From an uncultured Gammaproteobacteria bacterium (lineage in GTDB: Bacteria > Patescibacteriota > Microgenomatia > Levybacterales > UBA12049): a stretch of DNA of 64,000 bases. Shown here one piece after another: positions 30,391-40,689 of this stretch. Position 1 is the stretch's first letter. Each line of letters starts with the position of its first letter. The notes below the pieces were generated by a model that saw only the letters and a list, made by a program, of their open reading frames with translations, had not been told where the DNA came from and made no database searches. The DNA is taken from NCBI GenBank assembly GCA_964416505.1, contig CAYQEJ010000004.1, positions 59,331 through 123,330 on the forward strand. The letters are read 5' to 3'. Position numbers and translations under genes: made by a program.

Positions 30391-31827
30391 TTACTTTTTA
30401 ACCGTTGGCTGAGGTTCAAGTTTTTGGAAAACGGAATTAAGTCCATCAATTATAGATCCTGAAGCACTATCTACGTTTTCATTTTGCAATATAGAATTTA
30501 TACTTTCCTGCAAAAGCTTATTTGATTCCAAATTAAGACTTGAGTCAAACGTTGAGTCCGCGAAAGGACTAGAAACAGCATTTAGGCCTTGATCAGAGAA
30601 AACTTTAATATCAGAATTTTTAAATTCAGCTATCAAACTTTTTCCAGCGGGAACTTTTCCTAAACCATTTTTCTTTACTTGCTGTTCATATATTTTTCTT
30701 TGAGTCTCCTCGCTTAATAAAAATTTCATAAACAACATCGATTCTTTTTGATGCAAACCTCTAGAAGAAACTCCATTTACCCAATAACTTGCTATGTTAG
30801 CTTTACTATCTTGCAATAACTGCGGAACGGGATAAACCCTGAAATCAAGATCTGAGTTTTTTGATTTAATTTCGACAAAGTCCCTATGATATCCAAAAAT
30901 CATTGCAACCTTACCCTGAGAAAAAGCTTCCATTGAAGGCTCCAGAGTAACATCCCAAACCGAATTTTCATTTAATGCAAAAGTGGTATAGAAAGTAAGC
31001 GCATCCGATATTTTTTCTACAAATTCATTTGGTTTTTTTATATTTACTCCATTTTGCGCAAACAATAGAGAAATTAAATCAGGTGCATTTTTTATATTGT
31101 CATAAGTCCCAATCGCAGCACCACCTATAACTATTTTTCCTGTTTCATCTCTTTTCGTTAAAACTTCACTTAAGTCAATAAATTCTTGCCATGTTTTCGG
31201 TGCAACTAATTGCCTGTTAAAACTTTTAGAAGCACTTTCAATAATAGCGGTATTTATGAAAAGCGCTAGAGTATCCATCTCTAACGGAATACCATAAATT
31301 GCACCATTTTTAATTAAGTCGTCTTCATTTACATTGTAAAATCTTTTAGTAAATTCTTCTTTGGAAATTGTCTCCTGCGTAAGGGGAGAAAGATTATTTT
31401 TAAATATTGGATACCATGTGTTATGGAACATGAATACATCTGGCCCATTACCGTTCTCAATTCTTGTTGTAAGCTTTTCTCTATAATCAATTATATCTTC
31501 TTGGGAATACGATACTTTTATATTCGGATTTTTTTTCTCAAAATCGGATATTACAGGATTTATTACCTCAGGGTCTTCATTAACCCCCCAGTAAGAAATA
31601 GTAACTTCTTCAGCTTTACCCCTGTTCCCTCGATTAATAATTGATGAAGCAATAAACACAACCGTTAAGATTAAGAAAATTAAAAATCCAATTTTTAAAA
31701 TTCCTCTTGGGGAAAATCTTGAATGTTTTTTTTCATTAACTACAGATTCATTTTGGGATTGAGGGATATTAGTGGGATTATTTTGAACGTCAGAAACCCC
31801 ATCCTGAAAGATTGTTCCTTCTGGCAT
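30391..31827 (-). CDS. Membrane-anchored extracellular solute-binding protein, family 1 (sugar-binding type)
   Basis: TM anchor; GPDVF, YGIPLEMDTLALFIN, PKTWQE and FSQGKVAM motifs. Start moved to 31827. Confidence 0.85.
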   Translation of the reverse strand: MPEGTIFQDGVSDVQNNPTNIPQSQNESVVNEKKHSRFSPRGILKIGFLIFLILTVVFIASSIINRGNRGKAEEVTISYWGVNEDPEVINPVISDFEKKNPNIKVSYSQEDIIDYREKLTTRIENGNGPDVFMFHNTWYPIFKNNLSPLTQETISKEEFTKRFYNVNEDDLIKNGAIYGIPLEMDTLALFINTAIIESASKSFNRQLVAPKTWQEFIDLSEVLTKRDETGKIVIGGAAIGTYDNIKNAPDLISLLFAQNGVNIKKPNEFVEKISDALTFYTTFALNENSVWDVTLEPSMEAFSQGKVAMIFGYHRDFVEIKSKNSDLDFRVYPVPQLLQDSKANIASYWVNGVSSRGLHQKESMLFMKFLLSEETQRKIYEQQVKKNGLGKVPAGKSLIAEFKNSDIKVFSDQGLNAVSSPFADSTFDSSLNLESNKLLQESINSILQNENVDSASGSIIDGLNSVFQKLEPQPTVKK

Positions 31828-31835
31828 ACTTATAT

Positions 31836-31843
31836 AGTATAAT
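31836..31843. promoter_or_regulatory. Overlapping bidirectional -10 boxes (TATAAT on plus, TATACT on minus)
   Basis: AGTATAAT lies between the divergent SBP and vanW genes; the minus-strand box is 8 nt from ATG 31827. Confidence 0.55.
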
Positions 31844-31861
31844 ATCATGATCTTAGCCACA

Positions 31862-33295
31862 ATGAAATCTTCCATAAAAAAGATAAACAGCATAAAAAAA
31901 GCTCACTTAAAATCAGCAAGCAAAACTGTCTTTTGGTTCTCGATGGGAGCCGTAATGGCTCTATTTTTAATTTCTAGTTTTTCCTACATAGGATTTCAAA
32001 AATACTATAAAAATAAAATTTATCCAGGAATAACAATCGATAATGTTAATTTTGGTAGCAAATCAAAAGAACAAGTTGTAAAGCACATTCAAGAAAAAAA
32101 TGATAAAGCCTCAAATGGTGTTTTTGTTTTTAAATTTGATGACGAAATCGCAACAGTTTCTGCAAAAGAAATTGATTTTGGATACGATGAAAACCTACTA
32201 GCTGAACAGGCTATCAGCATTGGCCGCTCAAAAGACCCAATTACAAATTTAAGTTTAATTTTTCAGGCATATACAATTGGGATAAATCTTTCCCCTGCAT
32301 ACAGATATTCAAGTGAAAAACTAGATAAAAAGCTTGAACCACTTATTGAAAACATAAATACAAAACCAGTCGAGGCGGTATTTACATTTGAAAATGGGAG
32401 AGTAACAGAATTTAAAGCTTCATCCGATGGCCGAGAAGTAAATAAAGAAGAATTGAATAATAAACTACTTTCGCAAGCTAAAGCAGTCTTAGGAAATTCT
32501 CTTCAAAAAGTGGTGATTATCCAAATTCCAATAAAAATTTTAAAACCAAATCTCACGACAGACAAAGTAAATCAGATGGGAATAAGAGAACTTATCGGAA
32601 CAGGTACATCTTTATATCAACACTCAATTGACAGTAGAATTTATAATGTTGCACTTGCTGCGTCTAGAGTAAATGGAGTGCTTGTCGCCCCAGGTGAAAT
32701 ATTTTCTTTTGCAAAAGCTGTAGGAGATGTCTCTTCGCTTACAGGATACAAACAAGCATATGTTATATCCGGGGGAAAAACGGTTTTAGGAGACGGGGGA
32801 GGAGTTTGTCAGGTATCAACTACACTTTTTAGAGCTGCTCTAAATGCAGGTCTTCCCATAGTCGAGAGACATCCACATGCATACAGAGTTGGTTACTATG
32901 AACAGGATTCTCCACCAGGAATTGATGCAACAGTTTATGTACCAAGCGTTGATTTTAAATTCAAAAATGACACTGGTCATCATATACTAATCCAAACAAT
33001 AGTTGATCCCGTAGAACTTAGGTTAACTTTTATGTTTTATGGAACTAGTGATGGAAGAATTTCTGAAGTATCTAGTCCAGTAATAACCAATCAGGTTCCT
33101 GCTCCTGAAGCAAAATATGAAGATGATCCTTCTTTACCCAAGGGTCAAATAAAACAAGTGGATTTTGCTGCTCCCGGCGCGAAGTCAACTTTTTCCAGAA
33201 TCGTAAAAAGAGATGGAAAAATTATCTCCGAAGATACATTTGTTTCAAACTATAGACCATGGCAGGCAGTATTCTTAAGAGGCACAAAAGAATAG
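31862..33295 (+). CDS. VanW family protein with PG-binding-4-like and G5-like regions
   Basis: TM anchor; GGGVCQVSTTLFRAAL, ERHPH and PGIDATV motifs. Start could be 31847 or 31862. Confidence 0.9.
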   Translation: MKSSIKKINSIKKAHLKSASKTVFWFSMGAVMALFLISSFSYIGFQKYYKNKIYPGITIDNVNFGSKSKEQVVKHIQEKNDKASNGVFVFKFDDEIATVSAKEIDFGYDENLLAEQAISIGRSKDPITNLSLIFQAYTIGINLSPAYRYSSEKLDKKLEPLIENINTKPVEAVFTFENGRVTEFKASSDGREVNKEELNNKLLSQAKAVLGNSLQKVVIIQIPIKILKPNLTTDKVNQMGIRELIGTGTSLYQHSIDSRIYNVALAASRVNGVLVAPGEIFSFAKAVGDVSSLTGYKQAYVISGGKTVLGDGGGVCQVSTTLFRAALNAGLPIVERHPHAYRVGYYEQDSPPGIDATVYVPSVDFKFKNDTGHHILIQTIVDPVELRLTFMFYGTSDGRISEVSSPVITNQVPAPEAKYEDDPSLPKGQIKQVDFAAPGAKSTFSRIVKRDGKIISEDTFVSNYRPWQAVFLRGTKE

Positions 33296-33771
33296 TGGGA
33301 AAAATTCTAGAAACTGAAAATATTTCTTCTGAAATAAGTATACTTAAAAAACAAAATAAAAAAATTGTTTTAGTAGGAGGCTGTTTTGACATTCTTCATC
33401 TTGGACATTTACTTTTTCTTGAGGCAGCAAAAAAAGAAGGAAACATACTCATAGTTCTTCTTGAAAGCGATGAAAATATTAAAAAACGAAAAGGAAATAA
33501 TAGACCAATAAATAATGCGCACAGCAGGCAAATAATAGTTAGTTCTATAAAGAGCGTTGATTACGTTATTCCCTTAAAAGGCGTGACATCAGATTTAGAA
33601 TATGATAGACTAATGTCTCAAATTAAGCCTGACGTTGTTGCAATAACAGAAGGAGATTCGCAAACCGAAAAAAGAAAAATTCAATGCGAAGAAACTGGAA
33701 CAAAACTAAAAACTGTAATTAAATTGATTGATAATAATTCAACTACTGCTCTTATCAATAAAATAAAATAA
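33295..33771 (+). CDS. Cytidylyltransferase-like nucleotidyltransferase (RfaE C-terminal/TagD/FAD synthase-like)
   Basis: GGCFDILHLGH, KGNNRPIN and STT motifs; probable GTG start at 33295. Confidence 0.85.
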   Translation: MGKILETENISSEISILKKQNKKIVLVGGCFDILHLGHLLFLEAAKKEGNILIVLLESDENIKKRKGNNRPINNAHSRQIIVSSIKSVDYVIPLKGVTSDLEYDRLMSQIKPDVVAITEGDSQTEKRKIQCEETGTKLKTVIKLIDNNSTTALINKIK

Positions 33772-34244
33772 TGGAAAGCTTATCAAAATTTCTAAAAGAA
33801 AACATTCGACTTTTATTAGGTGCAATTGTAGTTATATTTCTCGCATTATTAATAATCAGTTATGTTTTAAGTAGACAAACCACAAAAGTCACTGTTGGGA
33901 CAACCACTTTCAATGCAAAAATCGCCGACAGTGAAAAAGAAAGAGAAATAGGTCTTTCAAAAACTAATAAACTCACAGACAAAGAGGGCATGCTTTTCTT
34001 ATTTGAAAATTCTTCAAAATATTCTTTTTGGATGAAAGACATGAAATTTCCAATAGATATTATTTTTATTAGAAATGGAAAAGTTGTAGATGTAGTAAAA
34101 AACGCAAAACCAGTTAACGCAAACTCTCCTTTAGATATTTACCAACCAGAAGAAGAAGCTGATAAGGTTCTGGAAATTAATGCTGGACTAAGTGATAAAT
34201 TAAATATCGTAAAAGGTACAATTATTAAAATAGAAAACCTCTAA
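33771..34244 (+). CDS. DUF192 family protein
   Basis: REIGLS, GMLFLF, FWMKDMKFPIDIIF and VLEINAG motifs; N-terminal TM. Confidence 0.9.
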   Translation: MESLSKFLKENIRLLLGAIVVIFLALLIISYVLSRQTTKVTVGTTTFNAKIADSEKEREIGLSKTNKLTDKEGMLFLFENSSKYSFWMKDMKFPIDIIFIRNGKVVDVVKNAKPVNANSPLDIYQPEEEADKVLEINAGLSDKLNIVKGTIIKIENL

Positions 34245-34247
34245 CTT

Positions 34248-35273
34248 ATGCTAATTCTAGGCATCGAAAGTAGTTGCGATGAAACAGGCGCAGCAATAAT
34301 TAAAGGAAAAACCAAGGCAGAAAAAGTTGAACTTTTATCAAATACTGTTGCTTCTTCATTGGTTATGCATTCGAAAACAGGTGGAATAATTCCAGAAAAC
34401 GCAGCAAGAGAACAAGTAAAGTACATAATTCCTGTTGTCAAAGAAGCGCTTGATCAAGCAAAACTTAATATTACAGATTTAGATGCAATATCTGTAACAT
34501 ATGGTCCGGGCTTAATTGGATCACTTCTGATTGGTGTTGAGACTGCAAAAGCAATTTCCTATGCAACAGGAATCCCGATTATTCCAGCAAATCATCTTTA
34601 TGGACACATTTATGCGAATTGGATCTCCCAGAAAACAAATGAACAGATTGAATTTCCTGCAATAGGTCTAATTGTTTCAGGGGGACACACTGACCTTATT
34701 CTTATAAAAAATCATGGAGATATTACTTGGCTTGGAGGAACTAGAGACGATGCAGCAGGAGAAGCATTAGATAAAATTGGAAGACTTTTAAATATTCCCT
34801 ATCCTGGTGGACCTCATATAGAAACATTTGCAAAACTAGGTGATCCGAAAAAATTTAATTTTCCAAGACCATTGATCGGATCAAAAGATTATGATTTCAG
34901 TTTTAGCGGATTAAAGACTGCTGTGCTTAGAGAGGTAAGTTCTATAAAAAGCATAAATGAACAAACAAAAAATGATTTATGCGCCAGTGTTCAGAAAGTA
35001 ATTATTGAAATTTTAGTAAAAAAAACTCTAAACGCAGCTAGGGAATTTGGCGCCAAAAAAATACTCATTGGTGGAGGAGTTGCAGCCAATTCAAAACTTA
35101 GAGAAGAACTTGAAAACTCAATATCAGGTTCTAATTTAAATAGTAAGCTAATTGCCCCTCCAAAATATCTTTGCACTGATAATGGTGCAATGATTGCGGC
35201 AACTGCTTTTTATAACGATCAAAAAAAAGAATGGCGGGAAATCGACGCCAATCCTAATTTATACTTTGACTAA
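34248..35273 (+). CDS. tsaD: tRNA N6-adenosine threonylcarbamoyltransferase TsaD
   Basis: LGIESSCDET, HLYGH, VSGGHT, DDAAGEA, FSFSGLKT and CTDNGAMI motifs. Confidence 0.97.
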   Translation: MLILGIESSCDETGAAIIKGKTKAEKVELLSNTVASSLVMHSKTGGIIPENAAREQVKYIIPVVKEALDQAKLNITDLDAISVTYGPGLIGSLLIGVETAKAISYATGIPIIPANHLYGHIYANWISQKTNEQIEFPAIGLIVSGGHTDLILIKNHGDITWLGGTRDDAAGEALDKIGRLLNIPYPGGPHIETFAKLGDPKKFNFPRPLIGSKDYDFSFSGLKTAVLREVSSIKSINEQTKNDLCASVQKVIIEILVKKTLNAAREFGAKKILIGGGVAANSKLREELENSISGSNLNSKLIAPPKYLCTDNGAMIAATAFYNDQKKEWREIDANPNLYFD

Positions 35274-35292
35274 TGTGGTAAAATATTGATCC

Positions 35293-36312
35293 ATGCAAAT
35301 AGACCTGCTCATAATAATTGCAACTCTTCTAATAGGATTCTTCTCTTTGTACTTTCTTTTGAATAAAAAAAATAAAAATAATCCTGAATCCAACGATGCT
35401 TTAGTGGAATGGCTTAAAAGCATGCAAACTTCCCTTGATGAAACTAATAAAAGCCTCAATCAGTCTATGAGAAACTCCTCTTTAGAAATGACAAGAACTC
35501 TTCAAGAAAATAATAAACAAATTAATGACAGACTAACTAAAGCAGCTGAGGTTATCAGAGATGTATCAAAAGAAGTAGGACAAATGTCGGAGATAGGAAG
35601 AAGCATGCGAGAACTTCAGGATTTCCTAAAAAGCCCAAAGCTTAGAGGAAATATCGGAGAAGAAGTATTAAAAGATTTAATTTCCCAAACGTTTCCTAAA
35701 AACAGTTTTAATCTCCAATACCAGTTTCGCTCTGGTGAAAAAGTTGATGCTGCAATAAAAACAGATGCAGGGATTCTACCAATCGACTCTAAATTTCCCA
35801 TGGAAAATTTCCAAAAAATGAATAAAAGTGAATCTCAAACAGAAAAAGAATCTTATAAAAAAGAGTTCGTTAGAGATGTTAAAAAACATATCGATGCCAT
35901 TTCGAAGAAATATATTCTACCCGATGAAGGAACTATGGATTTCTGTCTTATGTATATACCTTCAGAACCAGTCTATTATGAAGTTGCAAATAATCCTGAA
36001 CTTCTAGACTACGCTAGAAAAATGAGAGTCTATGCAGTATCACCCACAACTCTTTATGCTCATCTCCAGGTTATTCTTCTATCATTCGAGGGAAAGAAAA
36101 TTGAATCAAAATCTCGTGAAGTATTCGCACTACTTAGAGGATTAAAAGTAGATTACGATAAGGTAAATGAAAATTTAGGAGTATTAGGAAAGCATATTGG
36201 AAACTCATCGGCTCAATTCAATAATTTATTATCTTCTTTTCAAAAAATTGGGAAAAAACTTGATAGCACAAGAAATTTAGAACCTGAAGAACAAAATACA
36301 TTACCAAGTTAA
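35293..36312 (+). CDS. rmuC: DNA recombination protein RmuC
   Basis: TM plus coiled coil; RGNIGE, IDSKFP, KYILP.EGT and SPTT motifs. Confidence 0.92.
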   Translation: MQIDLLIIIATLLIGFFSLYFLLNKKNKNNPESNDALVEWLKSMQTSLDETNKSLNQSMRNSSLEMTRTLQENNKQINDRLTKAAEVIRDVSKEVGQMSEIGRSMRELQDFLKSPKLRGNIGEEVLKDLISQTFPKNSFNLQYQFRSGEKVDAAIKTDAGILPIDSKFPMENFQKMNKSESQTEKESYKKEFVRDVKKHIDAISKKYILPDEGTMDFCLMYIPSEPVYYEVANNPELLDYARKMRVYAVSPTTLYAHLQVILLSFEGKKIESKSREVFALLRGLKVDYDKVNENLGVLGKHIGNSSAQFNNLLSSFQKIGKKLDSTRNLEPEEQNTLPS

Positions 36313-37019
36313 TACCCTGGGAAATTTTCTTTAAATATTTTTTCCTCTTTTATCCCAATACTTTTAATAATCTCATATACTCCATATTCAAAATCTTCAG
36401 AACCAACTATATAATACTTCGCTTTTTTATAATTTTTAGAATACCCCTGGATTAATTCCTCTGATATTCTTTCATTTTCAAAATTTTTTATTTTTTCTTT
36501 TGTAACATTAAAAATAATTTTTAAGTTTTCATTTCTTGACTCAATCTCCTTTAACTCATCATAAAAAATAACATCATTTTTTTTTGAAAAAGAAGCGATT
36601 AATTTAATTTTGGTATTAATTTTTTCTTGATCTATAAATTTTATGATTGAATGAAAAGGAGTAATTCCCATGCCACCAGACAGAAAAATTTGCTCCTCTC
36701 TATTTTTTGGATCAAAATTAAAATATCCCATTGGACCAAACGCGTTTACATTATCTCCTGATTTTAAGTTTTTTAAATATTTCTTAAAACTGCTTTTTCC
36801 GATTCTAGTAGTAATTGCTATAAATTTATCCAATGGACTTGATGAAATAGTAAAATATCTTGATGTTCCTTTTTCATCAGGATTAGGAATAGGCAAATTA
36901 AGTCTTATATACTGTCCTGGTAAAAAATCTACTTTTTTATCAAAATAAAATATAAAAATATTTTTATTTAATTCATCTTTTTTTTGAAACTCAAGAATAA
37001 TTTTTTCTGCTTTTTTCAT
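36309..37019 (-). CDS. FAD/NAD(P)-binding oxidoreductase (ferredoxin-NADP reductase-like)
   Basis: FLPGQY, RYFTISSSP, GPMG, GGMGITP and terminal ENFPGY motifs. Confidence 0.9.
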   Translation of the reverse strand: MKKAEKIILEFQKKDELNKNIFIFYFDKKVDFLPGQYIRLNLPIPNPDEKGTSRYFTISSSPLDKFIAITTRIGKSSFKKYLKNLKSGDNVNAFGPMGYFNFDPKNREEQIFLSGGMGITPFHSIIKFIDQEKINTKIKLIASFSKKNDVIFYDELKEIESRNENLKIIFNVTKEKIKNFENERISEELIQGYSKNYKKAKYYIVGSEDFEYGVYEIIKSIGIKEEKIFKENFPGY

Positions 37020-37081
37020 TTTGATTCGTTTGATTATAACAGCTACTTATGATAGAGTTAATACCACTCCAAACTCATCAA

Positions 37082-39949
37082 ATGGCAGAAAAAAAACTTA
37101 ACCCAGAACAACTTAGCGCGGTAGAACACGGAAAAGGTCCGCTTTTAATCATTGCAGGAGCAGGCACTGGAAAGACAACTGTTATTACTGAAAGAATTAG
37201 ACATCTAATAATTGACGAAAAAAATCCCCCACACTCTCTACTAGCTTTAACATTTACGGAAAAGGCTGCATACGAAATGCAGGATCGAATTGATAAGCTG
37301 CTTCCATATGGCTACACAAATTTATGGATCTACACTTTCCACTCTTTTTGCGACAGAATACTTCGAGATGAAGCACATAGCATAGGACTTGATCCAAGTT
37401 ATAAACTAATTTCTGAATCAGAGTCGGTGTTCCTAATGAGACAGAATATTTTTGAGCTCGGTTTGAAAAAATTCAGACCTCTAGGAAATCCCACTAAATT
37501 TCTAGAAGCACTCTTAACACATTTTTCTAGATTAAAAGATGAAGATATTACCCCGGTAGAATATTTAGAATGGGCAAATAAAAATAAAGATATCGAAGAG
37601 AAGGAACAATACCTAGAACTCGCTAATGCATATAAAAATTATGAAGAAATAAAAATCAAGAGCTCCGTAATGGATTTTTCTGACTTAATTTCCAATACAT
37701 TAAAGTTATTTAGAGAAAGAAAAAATATTCTTAAAAGATATCAGGATCAATTTAAATTTGTTTTAGTTGATGAGTTCCAGGATACTAACTATGCCCAAAA
37801 TGAATTATCAATTCTCTTAGCTGGAGAGAACAAAAATCTTACTGTAGTTGCTGATGATGATCAATCAATTTACAGATTCAGAGGCGCTGCAGTTTCCAAT
37901 GTTCTTCAATTTAAAAATAATTTTCCACAAGCAAAAATTATTACCTTAAACAAAAACTACAGATCTACCCAAATAATTCTTGATGCATCATATTCCTTAA
38001 TTCAAAATAATAATCCTAATAGATTAGAGGTCGTTGAAAATATAAATAAAAAACTTATTTCTGAAACCAAAAATCCAGATATTGAAATCGAAATGATTTA
38101 TGAACAAAGATCCGAAGATGAAGCGGATGAAATTTCTAAAAAAATTAATGAACTATCTAAAAAATATGATTATAAAGATATTGCAATTCTGGTTCGAGCA
38201 AATAATCATTCGCAACTTATTACATCTTCTTTAGCAAGAAGAAAAATTCCATATCAATTTTTAGGACCTGGGTATTTATTTCAACAGGAAGAAATAAAAG
38301 ATTTAATTGCATACATTACTTTTTTGACTAATCTCTCTGACACAATTTCTCTTTTCAGAGTTTTATCTATGGACATTTTTAAAATTCCTTATCTCGAACT
38401 TAATTATTTACTAAACTTTGCAAAGAAGAAAAACTTAACACTTTTCGAAGCACTTGAAACCCCGGATCAGTCTTTCCTAAAAGAAAATACTAAGGAGAAA
38501 CTTATAGATTTTCGAAAAATGGTTTTGAGTCACTTAGAAAAAAGTAAAAAAGAACAAGCTGGACAAGTACTTTATGATTTCTTAGTTGACTCCGGATTAT
38601 ATGAAACATTTAATGAAACAAAATCCACTAAAGATGAAAAAAGAATACAGAATGTGGCAAAATTCTTTGATAGAATTAAAAACTTTGAAATGGAAAGGGC
38701 TGACGCAAATATATTTATATTAGCTGAGTGGCTCAATCTCATGCTTCAAATGGGAGATAGTCCTACAGCCGCAGATGTTGATTTAAGAGATAGAAATGCA
38801 GTAAATATCTTAACAGTACATTCCTCAAAAGGACTCGAATTTAAAATAGTTTTCTTAGTGAATCTTGTTTCAGATAGATTCCCATCTCGCGAAAGATCAG
38901 AAAAAATTCCTCTACCTGTAGAGATACTTAAGGAAAAATTAGCAGACGGAACTGATTTCCATCTAGAAGAAGAGCGAAGATTATTCTATGTAGGAATGAC
39001 AAGAGCACGGGAAAGATTATATTTTACAGCGGCAGATTTCTATGGAACCGGAAAGAGAGTAAAAAAAATTTCTCCATTTATCTATGAGGCTTTGCCAAAA
39101 TTAAAAAAAGATCAAGAAATAAAGAAAAGCGTAAAACAATTGTCCTTACCAGAAGTTCTTTCTTCATATGAGGACTTAAAAGAAGTTGAAGAAAAAAAGA
39201 TAGATTATAAAGTAAACTATATTACCTTTTCAAACCTACAGATGTTTGATATTTGTCCGTTGCATTATAAGGCAAAGGTAATCTTTAATATTCCAAGCCC
39301 TGCAACTTCGGCTCAGAGTTTTGGAATTTCCATGCATGCAACACTTCAGAATTTCTACAAACTCGCACAAGAAAGAAATACTTACCCATCTGAAAAAGAA
39401 CTGCTAAAAATTCTCCAAGAAGAATGGGAAAGTGAGGGATATGTAAACAAAAAGCATGAGGAAGAAAGATTCGCCCAGGCAAAAGAAGTCTTAAAAAAGT
39501 TCTATTCCACGGAATGCCAAAAAATCAATATACCCTTAAAACTTGAATATCCTTTTAACTTTAATTTAAAAAATGGAATTAAGGTTTTTGGGAAAATAGA
39601 TAGAATTGATTCCAAAGGAAACGGAATAGAAATTATTGACTATAAAACTGGTGAAGATAATCCAAAAGCAGAAGAAGCACACAAACTACAGCTTGCAATT
39701 TACGCCCTAGCAGCAAGTAGAGTTAGAGACGAAGTATTGAATAAGAATGCAGAAAATATAACCCTAACTCTTCATTTCCTAGACGGAAATACTAAAAAGT
39801 CAATGAATTTTAATACTAAAGATTTAGAGGAACTTGAGAACAATCTATTAGAAAAAATAAAAGATATAGAAAAAAGTGAATTTAATTGCTCGGGAAGTGT
39901 ACTTTGCGTCAACTGTGAATATAAACTTCTTTGTAATACTATAAGCTGA
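37082..39949 (+). CDS. UvrD/PcrA-family helicase fused to a C-terminal PD-(D/E)XK nuclease with Fe-S-type cysteines (AdnA/AddA-like)
   Basis: AGAGTGKT, DEFQDTN, DDDQSIYRFRGA, TVHSSKGLEF and EEERRLFYVGMTRA; then ICPLHY, GKIDRID, IDYKTG, QLAIY and C-x5-C-x2-C-x5-C. Confidence 0.92.
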   Translation: MAEKKLNPEQLSAVEHGKGPLLIIAGAGTGKTTVITERIRHLIIDEKNPPHSLLALTFTEKAAYEMQDRIDKLLPYGYTNLWIYTFHSFCDRILRDEAHSIGLDPSYKLISESESVFLMRQNIFELGLKKFRPLGNPTKFLEALLTHFSRLKDEDITPVEYLEWANKNKDIEEKEQYLELANAYKNYEEIKIKSSVMDFSDLISNTLKLFRERKNILKRYQDQFKFVLVDEFQDTNYAQNELSILLAGENKNLTVVADDDQSIYRFRGAAVSNVLQFKNNFPQAKIITLNKNYRSTQIILDASYSLIQNNNPNRLEVVENINKKLISETKNPDIEIEMIYEQRSEDEADEISKKINELSKKYDYKDIAILVRANNHSQLITSSLARRKIPYQFLGPGYLFQQEEIKDLIAYITFLTNLSDTISLFRVLSMDIFKIPYLELNYLLNFAKKKNLTLFEALETPDQSFLKENTKEKLIDFRKMVLSHLEKSKKEQAGQVLYDFLVDSGLYETFNETKSTKDEKRIQNVAKFFDRIKNFEMERADANIFILAEWLNLMLQMGDSPTAADVDLRDRNAVNILTVHSSKGLEFKIVFLVNLVSDRFPSRERSEKIPLPVEILKEKLADGTDFHLEEERRLFYVGMTRARERLYFTAADFYGTGKRVKKISPFIYEALPKLKKDQEIKKSVKQLSLPEVLSSYEDLKEVEEKKIDYKVNYITFSNLQMFDICPLHYKAKVIFNIPSPATSAQSFGISMHATLQNFYKLAQERNTYPSEKELLKILQEEWESEGYVNKKHEEERFAQAKEVLKKFYSTECQKINIPLKLEYPFNFNLKNGIKVFGKIDRIDSKGNGIEIIDYKTGEDNPKAEEAHKLQLAIYALAASRVRDEVLNKNAENITLTLHFLDGNTKKSMNFNTKDLEELENNLLEKIKDIEKSEFNCSGSVLCVNCEYKLLCNTIS

Positions 39950-39951
39950 TA

Positions 39952-39960
39952 TGGTATAAT
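39952..39960 (+). promoter_or_regulatory. Extended -10 promoter of rnpB
   Basis: TGGTATAAT lies ~5 nt upstream of the P1 5' strand. Confidence 0.8.
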
Positions 39961-39964
39961 ACTG

Positions 39965-40315
39965 ATGCCGGGAAGAAGATCTGCTAGTCCGATACATTAG
40001 GACAGGAAAGTCCAGACAGATCTTAAAACAGGGATGGAGCATAAGCTCTGACTAGTGATAGCTGGTGACTAAATTCTTAGACTACTAAACGGAATTAAGT
40101 ACAGGTTTTGAATTGACAAAACTTGAGAGCAACAGAGACGAGTAGTTATGAAACGGGCAATCCTACCTGCTGCAACCCATGACCAATGCGTTTGAGCTTT
40201 TTTAAGGCGAGCATTAAAAATGGGGCATCCTGATAACATCAGGACAGGTGACTAAACATCACAATGAGAAAGATTGCAGATTAAAACAGAATCTGGCTTA
40301 CTACCTTCCCGGCAT
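39965..40315 (+). ncRNA. rnpB: RNase P RNA
   Basis: Terminal P1 helix ATGCCGGGAAG/CTTCCCGGCAT; CR-I AGGAAAGTCCAGAC; CR-V AACAGAATCTGGCTTA, where CCAGA/TCTGG form P4; internal ACAGAGACG and TGAAACGGGCAATCC. Confidence 0.93.
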
Positions 40316-40317
40316 TA

Positions 40318-40590
40318 TTATTTAACCGCTTTTTTAAGAGTTTTTCCTGGAGTAAAACCTGGCGCGCGGCGGGCAGGTAGTGTTATTTTTTCTCCTGTTT
40401 TCGGATTCCTTCCTGGACGTTCTGATCTATTTCTAATACTGAAAGTTCCAAAACCAGTTATTACCACTTTCTCTCCTTTTTTAAGTGAATCTCTAATACC
40501 ATTGAGCATAGCCGTAACTGAATCATTTGCGGCTTTATTTGTTAAATTTGCTTTCTTAGCAACATGCACTATCAAATCTTTTTTAGTCAT
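40318..40590 (-). CDS. hup: DNA-binding protein HU
   Basis: MTKKDLI start; GFGTF, RPGRNPKTGE and PGFTPGK motifs; SD GAGGTAGGTG; upstream TTGACA-18 bp-TATTGT. Confidence 0.96.
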   Translation of the reverse strand: MTKKDLIVHVAKKANLTNKAANDSVTAMLNGIRDSLKKGEKVVITGFGTFSIRNRSERPGRNPKTGEKITLPARRAPGFTPGKTLKKAVK

Positions 40591-40689
40591 ACAAATCACC
40601 TACCTCTAAAGTTGAAAAAGAAAAACGAAGAATGCTCAATCAGACTTACAATACAATGCAATCAAATAGCTTGTCAAGAGGGATGAAAT

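Noticed and set aside
39200-39949. Cas4-like nuclease
   Set aside because: It is the fused C-terminal domain of a UvrD helicase, with no CRISPR context.
40274-40609. 111-aa plus-strand ORF and the other short antisense ORFs in the track (e.g. 46049-46579, 58425-58973, 6451-6813)
   Set aside because: These are shadow ORFs opposite well-supported genes and show no recognisable motifs.
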